Below are positions 50,923-64,000 of a stretch of 64,000 nt of DNA, piece after piece (the first letter of the stretch is position 1; every line of letters starts with the position of its first letter). The notes beneath the pieces are model-generated. The model was not told the DNA's origin and made no database searches. It saw only the letters and a list, made by a program, of their open reading frames with translations. The stretch is from Balanoglossus misakiensis (taxonomy: Eukaryota; Animalia; Hemichordata), in the NCBI GenBank assembly GCA_040954595.2, contig CM082591.2:671882-735881 (forward strand). The letters run 5' to 3'. Position numbers and translations under genes: made by a program.

Positions 50923-53900
50923 CAACCATAGTCAACCATATTCTGCCTATTAAGAAAAGACGTGAGATAGTACAGTATAATGTTTCATATCCAAAGTAAT
51001 CCTTTTGGAGAGAGGGAAATGAATGTATTTTGCAAAAGAATTGCAGACATGATGGTCAAACAAAGACCCTAAAAATAGGAGTTTTGAGTGAAACTCAGAC
51101 ATCTATTTTACTAAAGATAATTGAAACATAAGCAGCCTTTTACAAAAGTAAAAGCTTCTTCAGGAAACCAATTTTTAAGCCAACATATGGACATTTTATC
51201 CTTTTACCACAAGGAATCCCTGAAATAATATTTGAGACACGAACTGATATAATAACTCACCCAAGGCTACGCATTCGCTAGGTAAGGGATAAAAGAATTA
51301 CTGTAATTAGATGATATTTTTCCAATGCAATGGTGTAACTTCATCAGAGGTCTACAGAAAATTCTTCAAAATGTATTACTATGTACATGCAGCCAATTTT
51401 ATTGGATTTTCTTTGAATTCTACTCACTAATTGATACTGACTATTATATGCATTAAAATTAACTTGTATTTCAATTATATAGTATATACTTATAAAGCTT
51501 TAAAAAGTAATGCCAATATTTCCCTACTGTGTCTGTTTCCAGAGTGAATTTACAGCACCTGACGAAGAGACAGACACACGGGCACCTATAGACAGGTGAA
51601 ATACTGAGACTGGGTCACTGTACATGTTATTTATGTCATCATGTGTTATATGCCGCCAATCACATTGTGGAAACCCTTTAAGCAACATCAGTAGACCTGT
51701 TCTTGGAATCTATAATTTGCATGAGAATATCCGTTGGATCAATCTGCAAGTACACTGGATAATGAAAGTCATGTTCGAATTTGAAGTGCATTTGCGCATA
51801 TGCTTTTAGGGTCTTTATGCGAGGTCATGACAGTTTAAACATCCCCTGGCAACAGTGAATGATTTATCTAAGAAATGATGCAAATAAGATCAGAGATGGA
51901 TATTAGCTGTCCATGCATTCCCTGATTACCCTACATGTATTAACCTTTGCTAAAAACTTACTTTAGGCATTATCCTTGTCTTGTACAGTGCACTACAAGT
52001 GTGTCAGCCAAGACTGGTTGATGCAAAATGTGTTATCGTCTTTCTCTGAGTCATTCAGTTGGTATAGAGTTTTAGAATGAAGCTATACATACATGTAGTA
52101 TTATATGAAATCAACGTTAATCAATGAATGGAAAATGTATATCGTACAAACACTTTTCCTTGGTTAATGATATCCTATTTCCATATGCAAATAAACTATA
52201 CCATAACATAAACTATAACGTCATCTCTGTCCCAAAACTTGCATTAAACTGTGGGGGCGCGCTCTTTGAGTTTCCTAACGTCTTAAAATTTCATCATTTG
52301 ACGTAGGTGGCGTAAACCTCAAGAACGCTGCCACATGTGTTGGATCTTCCCCCAAGGACACACACACATGTGATCATAGAAAATGTAGCAAGATTGGCCC
52401 TTTATTAACAACATATTTCATATACAAATTTTTAATGAGCGTATGGGAAATCGTTCGATGAATAAAATGTATTTACAGCTCACATTACGCTTCCTGAACA
52501 GGACCACAGGTCGCTGTACCAGTACATTCATATATGTCAATTAAAGAAGGTATTGGATATGTCCACACTTAGGACCCAGAACACACAAAGCTGATGTCAA
52601 ATATTGTAATGTAATTACACTACCTGCAGTAATAAAACGAAAGTGTAATTTCCGAGAAATTTAATCGAATGCTTCAGGAAAATCGTCTCACAAAAAACAC
52701 ATTAGGCTTTAATCGTTCACTGATGTGAGGTAATGATTATCGCGATTCAGTTATCATTTGTTCAAAAATAGATATTGTCGCTCAAATCGTTTCAAACATC
52801 TTATATCCATTGTCCAAAATGCCATTCTTGCATCACATAGACAACCATATAAGTACATGCATTGGACTTTAATAGCATTTTCGTGACAGGATTGCATGAC
52901 TTCAGAAAATAACTGTCATTTGAAAAATTCCATAACATATTAATGTCCCTCCTCTGGTGAGTAATGACTTCACGAAATCTTTCTAAATCTCTGCAGAGTG
53001 CAGATCTGGTTATTCATTGACTCCCTGGGGACAAGAAACATTTGCGATAAGCCTGGGAAATGTCCTCTCATTTCAGGATCTCAGGGTAACATTCAAGTCT
53101 TACAATAAACCACTGTTTTACACAAGATCGAATCTAGTGTTTTTATATATTTCCTATGATTGTTCTATGTCATTTACACTTTCTTCTACTACTTGCCCAA
53201 ATTGCAAATGAGCAACAACCACTGTTATCTTTGACAAATGAGTTCAAGTCTGGGATAGAATTCAATTTCAACAACAGCAATTATAATGCTGATGATAGAA
53301 CATAAAAGGGTTATGTGGACAAAAATATTGATGTAACATTCCCTTCGAAGCCGTGAAAGTTACCTTAGGTCATGCATTAATCAGTAGATAAATACCAAAT
53401 TGAATCCTCACGCACTATTTTGCTGTCAGCTAATGCACATTAGGGATCACACAGATGACCTAATACAGAATCTGTAGTTTGATTTTCATGCGAAAGTACC
53501 ACTTTTAAGTATTACAAAAGCCCCGGGCGACATGTTCACACGCACCTTTGCAAATCAGACATCGATGAGAGACACATTGGTGAGAGTGTTCATTACTGCC
53601 AACATGGAAGTAGAATAGACAGGCAGATAAAATTTGCACATTTAAATTATCCCCCCTCCTCCCTTTGAGTTTTGCAAATATATTGTCAGAGAAAAGCTGA
53701 TGTAGAGTTGTCGAGAAAAAGGACCTAGTGAAGCGATGGTAATTTTGTAAATGGAAAAGACAAAAACAGTCATGTAATGTGCACTTTTCTAATATCATGG
53801 CTTTATATCTCAGAAGCTTCCTATGAACGGAATGCTTTTACCCCACTTGGGATTGTCATTTGCATATCGCTAGCAGCAACTTTAAAAGGTTACCTGTGAT

Positions 53901-55166
53901 AATGGATGTATATTACACAAAGCAAGCTTCTAATGGTTATTTCCTAACACCTTACATATCATTTGCAAGTTATGAGTTCCAATATAACACTCATTAGTAG
54001 ACACCAAAAACACATAATATCCTCTGAGCTAATGCCAAAAAACCCAGTCTTGAACGAAAGAGAGTGTTTGTTTCATCATTCACTAACACTAACAGTTACC
54101 CCTAATTATGCAAATGTAGGTTTTATCAACATTATTCACGTGTGGCTAAGATAAGAAGATGAAAGAAGGTGACATGTTTGGAAAAACGACCTCATGCTAG
54201 TCTCAGTGGAATCAATTAAATGGTTTAAGTGAAACCACAGAACCATTAGTGCTATTTTTGGTTCTTTAAACTTTACACACTAATTGAGCAAGTGAATTTT
54301 GTGCGGTGTATAATTTTATGAGCGGTTTACTGCAAATCGATTTAAATTGCGGATATTAAAACGACTAATGACCCGTAATAACATTGTTACATCAACATAG
54401 CCATACATCAACTGTTGTTTTACAGTACACTGTTATGCTACAAAATTGGATGGGTGAAATTTGTGCTATTTATACCCAACAATTTTGCCTGCTCATTCAC
54501 TGATGGATTTAACAAAAAGTGAATTTTATAATGGTCAGTTTTTACATGTTAGCTGGTGCTCACTAGTTACATATTGGTACATTAAAAACATTCACCTCGT
54601 CTCGCATATTAACTCAAATTCATCCATTTTTTATTTAATAAATCAAACATGCCATGTTTGAGATATAGCTATAGTATCGTCATCTGGTTTGGAAAGTGAC
54701 CTGGTTTTTCGCGAGGATCGTACAATGTGTAGTTCTCATTAATAATTTATTTGTACTTATTGCTGGTAGAACACACCAAGGCTTATGTTTCCTCGTAAAT
54801 CACTTGAATTTCTCAAACCCTAAACCCACTCCAATCTCCATCACCTCTTGACGATCACTGTAAAAGCTCATACTCAGAAAAGAAGCTAGACCATCATGCA
54901 CATGAGTTGATGACAAAGGCCACAAATTGCACCACCTGCTGTACCTTTAATTTCCTCTATCTACAGGTGTCGATACACTCATCGCAGTTTAACGCAGCAG
55001 GCTACCGTCAACCTCAGGCTATCATTAAAACTAATATTACCCATGCAGCGATTTTTATATATCTGGTAAACCACCCATAAAATTTCAAAGTGCCAATAAA
55101 GCTCGGTCCTGACTACGAGAGCACAGAACACAGACCGAATGTTGTTGTGTCAGTACGTGTGTTTTT

Positions 55167-55318
55167 GTATGTATGTATGTATGTGTATGTATGTACTGTA
55201 TGTATGTATGTATGTATGTATGTATGTATGTATGTATGTATGTATGTATGTATGTATGTACCGGTATGTATGGTAATGTATGTATGTATGTATGTATGTA
55301 TGTATGTATGTATGTATG
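55167..55318. repeat. (TATG)n microsatellite
   Basis: ~35 GTAT units with a few interruptions. Confidence 0.95.
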
Positions 55319-58300
55319 CCTGTCTGTCCGTCCGTCAATATGTCTGTCTTAACCACCTCTGACGCTGCACACGTTGGAATAATATGATTAACTTTCTAAA
55401 GGTCAACATGCTATTAACAGTTCATTGTTGGTGTCCATGGCGACGTAACAGTCCCTTCTGGTTTGTGAAACATGCCATCTTACAAGACACAGTGTCTAAG
55501 TGTAAGACATACAAATTGCAGTTCTTCAACTTGACGAAATAAGTCGTGACCGGTTTCACTTTAACAGCTTTCATGTCACACGCACGCGTCCGCGCCTGCA
55601 GGATTATTTGATAAGTAATGTCATATTATAACAACCAAGACAGCTCTTTGGTGTAATCTGAATATATCTCTGTGAAACTAAAGATCATGTTCATTTGACT
55701 ATATCTAGATGGGACTGGGGTCTTACATTTTAGCCCTGATTAATGTGTAGTTAATCCTCAGTTTTCAAGTTTATTGCAAGAGAAATCAGACCAATCTTAT
55801 CAACGCCCATGGCATTAAAGGCCATATCTGCATGCAGCTACTGGTTTTGGAGTCCTATGTCTCAGGTTCATATCGCATGTACTAATGTGATAAGAAGCGA
55901 TCGAACAAGTTGAACCATGAGATTAAGTGATTTGGAAAATAATGTCACGAAGAACTAACTGTTCATGCAAATCTCATGCTTGGACCATCATATGTCACGA
56001 TTTATTTTCTTCTTGGTCTACGAAGGTAAAGGCAAAGGCAAAGAAACATAAAACATTTGTTTCTACTAGAGGGCAACAAGACACACAAAGCATTGGGACA
56101 GGAATTTATGTACATTTTCCTACTGGGCTACAAGGCATACTTGTTAAACTCCCAGGAGGTTTTATGGAAAAAAAACATTGGACTGGTACACCTTTGCGCA
56201 CACTCCCACCCAGAATATGACACGACCGTCAGTTCTAAATTGTTTTCTCTGAAGGCTAATCTATTTTTCATTGATCTCGAATATTTCGCGAATGTATTTT
56301 GCAAGGCCATAGCAGCAGTAGCTAGGAGACTTACTATGGCCCCTGAAGCAGTGTTCATGCCATGATGATTAACTTTAGCTGACCCCTTGACACAATATAT
56401 CCAAACGTATAGGGAGAGGAGTGTGAACTTTCATCATTATATACTACTTGCTTTTTTGCGAGCACATCTCTGTAGTGGTTGTTTAGTTGAAAACCATGAA
56501 ACGGAGGAATGGCACTGGGTTTCACTGTACATATGCTGTCATCAATTCTGTATGAGTAAGGATAGTTTAAACAGCTGGCCTGGAAACGTTTGTCGCCGAG
56601 CAATAATAAATGGGAACGTTGAACTACAGAATAACAAACCATTATAAATATTATATGAAATTCATGCATTCATGATGAAATATCTTAGTTGTACCATTTT
56701 TAATCACTGAAAGAAAAAATAAGATTTTTGAATGGTCACACTCAACCAGGGTACCATTTACATCATTAATTCTCAAGTTTATAAATCCACTAGTCGCTGT
56801 TACAAGCATCAGTCATATGCTGTCTTTCTGTGTCATTTAGACCTCATTTTCAAGAAGAAAATCGATGCCATTCAGTGCTTGAAAGACTACCCATATCATC
56901 ACACACATATCACTTCCTCCTCTTGTAGTTGCTTGACATCTCTTCACACCGTATGGTTATGGCATATGTGCCTTTCTTCAGAAAGCAAAGAAACTCAATC
57001 AATGAGACGTCGATGAGAAAACTATATTTAGCTCAGCCTTTCCAATTGTAATCAATGAAGCCTTCCGTGGATTCTATCTAGCACAATGTCAATAATTTTC
57101 AGTTGTAACTTTTTTCTTAAACAGACCAGGTCCCAACTCTTGAAAAAACAGTTACCCAATTTGTTTAGTGATTCATTCTGTGTGGTAGTTTCTTATGAAA
57201 CACACATCTAGTTAGAGTAACTAGTAGAGTAACTAGAACCTCAGACTGGTTGATCTAAAGCTTGCCTGGTTGATTTGGCAAGTCCATGTCCCAATCACGT
57301 GATGCTGGGAAAGGAGGACAAATCGAATTTTCAATTTTCCATGGGAGACGTGAAAGTCGCATATTCACTCAGTGTACTTGCATAGATATCGACCAAACAC
57401 TGACTTAGCGCCGGAAATATGACAGGATACTTCTTTGTGCTGCTATCTAGAAAGTATACCTGGTACACTTCACGCTAAGTCCTTATGAACAGACAGGACT
57501 CCAATGCAAGCCCAACCTGTGATTCTGTAAGCAATAGACTATGTGACCCGACTGAAACGTATTACATACATTAAAAATAGGACGGATTATATCTTATGTA
57601 CAGAAAACAAACTAGAATATATTTTGTCAAGATTACCCTTTAATGCATGACGACCATAAATTAACTGATGTCTTTAATAATTAACAAGATATTTGATACA
57701 ACTGACAATATTCAATCTGTTGGTGCATATGTTCTTATCCCTCTGGTTTCTGTCAATAATCTGTGACACACGAAACGTGGATCGTGCAGCCAAATATCAA
57801 TCCATTTGTGCAAAGAAACTAATAGATTATTCGCTTTTTTATTCTGACCAGTTACGATCACACAGGAAATGAAATGAAACGTGTAATTTCCGCTCATCTC
57901 TTATTTGGACTGAGCTCAATTTAGTATTATGAATGTCACTTTAATTGTAGGTATCGTCATAGCAGGGGGATAAGTTTAAATTATGTTTGAGTGAGACTGA
58001 ATTCTTAAAACGGTTTAGTTTATGACGTAGACTTAAGTCCTTCTCAGTACTGCCCCCCTAGTTATTTGCTATGGATCTTATGATGTAAATTCAGTCGTTC
58101 TTGATGATATTCATGCATCACCTTTTAATACACAACAAATAATACATGACTTGTATACTTTTTTATATATGTATTGGAGTGCCTGATCCGATTAGGATTT
58201 CTGTATATATTCTCATCTATATATATGGTACAATTGTATTTCTTGTTATCAAGTTCTATTGAATAACCACATGGCTATCATGTTCACACAAGACTTTCTC

Positions 58301-61300
58301 CTGATCTGGAATCGCACTTCCTGTTGTCATAAATCTGCAATAGTACTTTTGCGCTCGCCACAAATCTGCGCGCTTTTTGCCTTGTTTTCCCACCAATCTG
58401 TATTGCTAGTGTTTCAAGTCAGATACGTGAACTTTACAGACTGTTATCTTGGCAAGTGAGTTCATTTTGACCGGAGTTCATTAATATCGTTCGGTTCTCT
58501 TGAAGTAGGCACACATATACTTGACGCTGAATGGAATTGGGTTACGAGTGTTCAAAGCCTCGATCATTGCGCGGCGTCTGAGATCTTAAGATCCACCCCT
58601 CACTATACATTTACGAGTCAGGGTAACAAAGTTTGTAACCTTGTCTACTAATTATCTCTGTATCTTGTTACAAAGAAAACCATCTGGCATTGGACAAGGT
58701 TTAGGTCTTCGGTTAACCGGGAAATACTGTAGGAGGTGTAAGAAAGTGAATCTGCTTGTGTTTATCACAATCTATTAACAACACACATCTGGGATGATAT
58801 AGCTGCAGACTTTTGAAAATGTACACTGTATTCATTATGCTGGGTTGATTAAAGCTAGGCAACTCGCTCGCTCAATGAACACCGTAACTATAGTCTGCAG
58901 ATGTATGAAAGGAGACAAATAAGCTTAAGGCGTTAACGATCTAACAACCTACATAATAACAGAATTGCTACTTGAAAACAAAAGGGTATGTTCGTTCAGG
59001 TTACCATATATATTACCTATACCTCAAACTATCATTAGATTTAGCTGAAGGCAAAATCGGGTAATTTGATCACATTTGCTTCGGAGAAAATCCTGTTTAG
59101 GTCTTATCACCACAGAGACACCGTTGACACTTAACAACTTTTCTAAAATACTGTGCCAGGATTTTAAGTGGTTGTACTTTCACTTTTTTTCAATGGAGGT
59201 TCATTAAAACGAAGGCTACATGTTATTCAAACGCTTAGGTCTTTGGAGACAGCAATATAATAAATCTACCTGATACCTCTCAAAAAGTGAGATAACTTAT
59301 ATAGAACACCATCTGTTCAACAGGCAGCTATAGAAAATATATGACTACCTTCCTTCGAGCATTCGCGATTGATTTTTGTATGTTTTATATTGAACAGCAT
59401 ACGCACGATCGTTTTATCAAATTTCAAACTGAGATAAACAGGCTATTTTGTACCATGTACCACATGCAAATAGTTGAGAACAAAACCTTAAGAAAATCAG
59501 GCATTAATTACAGACACCCTAAATATGAGGTGCGTGCATTAAACATTTATCCTCGATTTTGCGATCACACACTCATGGACAGAATACGCCGCTAAAACAA
59601 ACTCAATAATAGAACAGCTTATTAGTTGTGTGTACATGAATAGGAAATAATTGGTATTATCCACACAAAGACACCTACCGCATCGGCACATACTCGAATT
59701 CACGTACAGGGTTAAATTCCATCTTCAGCACATCAAACAAACGTAGTTGTGTTGATTCTATCAAGCTCAGAGATTGTTTGATGGTAGAGCTTAAGAGCGC
59801 TTACAGAGTCGTCAAACACGTTCTAGATCCCGGCAACCACGCGACTGTCTTCTTTAGTTAACACTAACGTTTAAACACAGCCAGACGTTACCTATCTTTC
59901 GACCAAGGGTTTGGCCGCGAATGCGATAGTTAATACCGAAGGTTATCTTCTGCAAGTGTTATTTATCGTGTGGTTCTTTGTACTTCCTAACATATGCGTT
60001 ATCGTTCACAGTCACGAACGATCGCAAAGACCGGTCGTTCTGCATAAGCCATCCACGCGTGAGAAGATTCCACTCTTTACACAGGGGTAGGTTATCCCTC
60101 ATGTTACTTGGAATAGTCCATCGACATTGCTATCGAATGACGTATATAGCTTGAGATTTAGCATTGAAGAAATCCTTGTACTAAAAAACAGAGGGTCAAA
60201 ATGCAGATTCTTTCATTGCTATCAATGCTTCAAATGCTTTCACATGAATACTTATTTAGACGGAATGTAAGAGACTTAGGGGAAAGCTGGCTTCAAAAGG
60301 AATTGTACCTTGCAACCATTATTGTAGAATAATACACTTGAATTAACTCTAAGTTAGGCACGTTTTAAAATAAGAGTGTCTTCCTTGAACATGAATATAC
60401 ATGTCTAATTTCTGCCAATGACAGGGCCATGCAAGTGTACTTTCACCTTGTAAATGTGTCATTACAGTATGCTCTGAAAAGATGAGGAGATAGAAAGGCA
60501 ATTGCAAATTATTTATCTTTCATCGAACACCTTTGCATCAATCGAGCTCGGAATCAAACCTAATTCTCAAAGTGGTGATGATTTCATCACAACTTCTTGT
60601 ACTCATGACTGTTTCTTTCTATATATCACACAGCCTTTAATATCACTATAGCAGTCAAACATTCCATCAACATCTGAAGTTTGGTACACTAGCGCATTAT
60701 GATGGCACTACATTTTATGAGTTGGCCTGATAACCTTGACAAGCTCTGCATGTCCAGTTTACATTGACATGAGGTTTAACCTTGGAAGTAGTTACGAAAC
60801 AAGGCGGCATTCTGTTCAGCGCTACAACGTTCTTCACATAACTGTCCTGAGCATTCCAAAATGGCAGATTTAATATGTACAACTCATAGAGCAGAGAAAT
60901 GACTACCGCTATTTTCATAGATACAGATATATCTTGACACATAATCTTGTAACAGCTATAAATAACCCGAATACCGGTTTTATGATGAAGTTAGCATGAA
61001 AGCTCTCTCTTTCACTCAGATGTTTATGGGTGGTTTTCAGTTGAGTGTGTAAGTGCTGGTGACCTCCGACTGAAGTCAACAAAGTTTGATTTGATTATGG
61101 TAAAGACTCTCGCCAGAAGAACGTTTGGCATGCCATATACTCTACTGCAAGCAAGCTTAAGTAGCACATACCCTCTTGTAAGTGCATATCTCTGCGTCAC
61201 GATTCGAACGGTTTACGCCAAAATTATTTCCAATGGAGAAACTAATACTTATCAGTGCAAGTTGTATACTTAAAATCGCCTGTTGCTCCTAATTCAGACT

Positions 61301-63423
61301 TTGTATGCAAATGCAGAGAAGTAAAACCCAAGCGTATCTAGATCATCATGACATAGTCATAACCACTGGGTCAGAACATTCTTAATTATTGTAATCCATA
61401 CGGGCATGGTGGCTATTTTTAAACACACCCACGCACAGAGACATAAATCCGCCTTGAAAATAAAAACGTGAACACAATTCCCTCCACATATTACTCTATA
61501 GCATTAGGACTAACATATGTGGTTATCGGTAAGTTAAGGTATGTTAAATTGATATTTAGAACTTTAACTTAGAGAGAGAGAGTCTATAAAGTATTTCGGC
61601 ATTTATTCTTTAGAGAAACATCTATGCGATAATGCAGCAGCTTAACACGTACTTTAACGTTCATTCACGACCTCTGTGTTCATAAAACCCCTGGGCCAAA
61701 GGGCACTTATGGGAAAGTTGAACTGTGTTTTGTAATTATTTGACTGATTTTACCTCTTCTAACAGCCTGCATATGCCACATGTTGTTATACTGCTGTTTA
61801 TAAGTTGAGTATGGTTTGGCCTCAATCTAGCTCTGACTGCTTCATTCATATACACAGAATGTATAGCTACATTTGAATCGATGCAGGGAGCACATTGTCC
61901 AATTCGACCGCAGATGTCAAGCTACAGGCGTACAGGTCTTCACAATGTTTTTATCTTATTAAGTTGCATGTGAGCAAACACGGACAACACAAAGACAACA
62001 ACATAATCTTGTTCAGTCCTGTCTCTGGCAACAATTTGCAGAGATAAACTCCCAGCTTGATTCAAACATGATATTCATTCACCCGAGCCAAATTTTATCA
62101 GGAAAATATCACATACTGGTACATTAATATATTTAATCTTCAACGTATACATTTACATATCCTGCAATTTTACAGCATCTCCTTAGGATTTCCAATTATA
62201 TTTCTTTAGAAGATCATCTGAGTGGGTCAGACTCCCTTCAGATACTTAGTTACCTGGTTTCAGGCCAATCCCATGCACATACATTACCCGCCTCGTTATT
62301 GATTCTGTAACAATAAAGCTCATGGCAATTTTGTTCATCATACCTTTTCCTGTTGCAGGAAGTAATTACATTTATGATTTCCCCTAACAGTTAAACATAT
62401 CCGATAGATTCAAAGGGCATGATTAGTATAGTAATAATATTTAGTGCACCTCACTGGCTCAGCATAACTTCGGGTGAACTTTATAGGACTAACTTTTAAG
62501 AATAGATTAAACATGCCTGTGTAATATGTAAAATGACTATACAAGCTGGGTTTGCATTTGAGAGACTGTCTTCTGTCATGTGTTTTAAATAAAAACATAT
62601 ATCATTAGATGGTCGGAAGACAAACATTATGCAAGCTGAGCACGAGTATGCGATACATCAACATGTGATCTTGATTTCCATTGTCATGGAAACGGGGTGT
62701 AACTATAAATGATAAATAAATCAGTAAAAGTAACTGCTGCATTATGCTATATTTGAGGATTGGGAATACATTAATTGCTGTATTGATAACAGTGTACAGT
62801 ATGAGAATACATTGAATGTTTGCGATGGCCATGTGACTGTTATAAATCAGACTATAGAGGGTGTTGTTTGGTCAAACAAAATTAAGGCCGACCTTACATG
62901 TTTGCCGCAGGAGAAACATGACCAGAAGGACATGGAAACCACAAAACAGTACTTTCCAAGCCAAACAATCATAGATGTACTGAATCTAGTAAGACTAACA
63001 TAATAAAACCATCAGGTCGACACATACATAAAGCTCTGCGAAATTTGTTATCAGGATCAGCACATGCCGCGAGTGTGATTAGAGAATACCCGCAAAATCT
63101 GTTAAATTGCACCAGGGAAATCAACATTCATGGTTTTCTCAAAGCACCAATGTGTATTAAGTTTAAAGGTTACAACGCAATAGCTGTCTCCTAAGATTAG
63201 ACTATTCAGACAACCTGAAGGCATATATGCTCTGGACTAGCTTTGATGATCCTATCATCCAAAGCTAGCTGGAACTACAACTGATCGCTTCGTAGATCAA
63301 GTCGTGCTGACGAAGAGATGTCATGACTGCTGCAGGTAAAGATAGGAAATTAAATTCTTATAGCCTCTACCCAAACAGTTAACACTGTTCTCTTGCTGCG
63401 CACTGATAAAACGTCATGTCTTT

Positions 63424-63504
63424 AGGTTGGATGTACCTTGGGGACAGATTGTCAGAAAAAAATGTTAGTAAGTCCTCTACACCTTTCAATTCTTTGCTAT
63501 ATAA
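63424..63504 (+). mobile_element. Terminal fragment of the same MITE-like family as 34290-34560
   Basis: CCTTGGGGACAGAT...AGTCCTC..ACCTTTCAATTCTTTGCTATATA matches the reverse complement of ~34495-34560. Confidence 0.55.
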
Positions 63505-64000
63505 AATTCATGGTTTTCATGGATTGGTTTTCTGCGAAAAACCACTTCTGCGAAAACCACTTGTATACATTATCATACAATGATTAAGACCATGCATAAA
63601 ATGAGTTTGCATTAGACTCTCATCAGCCTTGAATTAGTGCAAGTGATGGTTAAGTTTATATGCACACATCCAATTATAATTTATGAATGGTGGGGTTAGA
63701 GAGTTATGATATTAAACAGAACTTGACATTTCCATATTTTCCATCTGATTCATGTTGAACAGATTTCTGCTTCAAATAGGTTGACGTTATTCATACTCAA
63801 AATGCTTGATGAAATCTACAGTTATAAATCAACTTCAATCTGTCTTGACTGCAACTTACAAATCAAGTTTCAATCAATCTCATCTACAGATGTCCAGATA
63901 ACTTGTAAAAGCTTTATTTTACTATCTTCAAATTCCAAATATTGCATTTCAGTGGGAATTGAACAGCAGTAAATAGAGGCAAAGATATACTGGTTTGAAT

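Noticed and set aside
44627-55362. MYVC/YIHT-repeat ORFs at 44.6-44.9 kb and 55.1-55.4 kb
   Set aside because: Translations of (TATG)n microsatellites.
55927-56669. Cluster of overlapping 76-104 aa ORFs with a GYIVS word (RT- or glycosyltransferase-like)
   Set aside because: Only a few-residue resemblance with no other motifs or convincing splice sites; cannot be supported without a profile search.

Overview
Eukaryotic (animal) genomic DNA, AT-rich and intron-containing; the gene content fits an invertebrate deuterostome (a hemichordate is my guess, unverified). Bases 1-~12,320 are the end of a very homogeneous 87-bp satellite array (~140 monomers). It accounts for all the long ORFs in that part of the track, which I judge non-coding. 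About 1.25 kb beyond it, on the minus strand, I reconstructed a 6-exon ETS transcription-factor gene (13578-23395, ~624 aa, all junctions GT-AG and phase-consistent; first exon less certain). Its ETS domain is of the SPI/PU.1 type, yet it also has a PNT/SAM domain, an AT-hook, poly-Q, CtBP-like and SUMO-like motifs, which vertebrate SPI proteins lack. Upstream on the same strand lie six coding exons of a TP53I11 (PIG11) homologue (28084-34896; first coding exon not found), so two genes that both map to human 11p11.2 are immediate neighbours here. The remaining ~29 kb is non-coding, with microsatellites, MITE-like repeats and many RFX X-box-like motifs. Family assignments come from remembered sequence motifs, not database searches.
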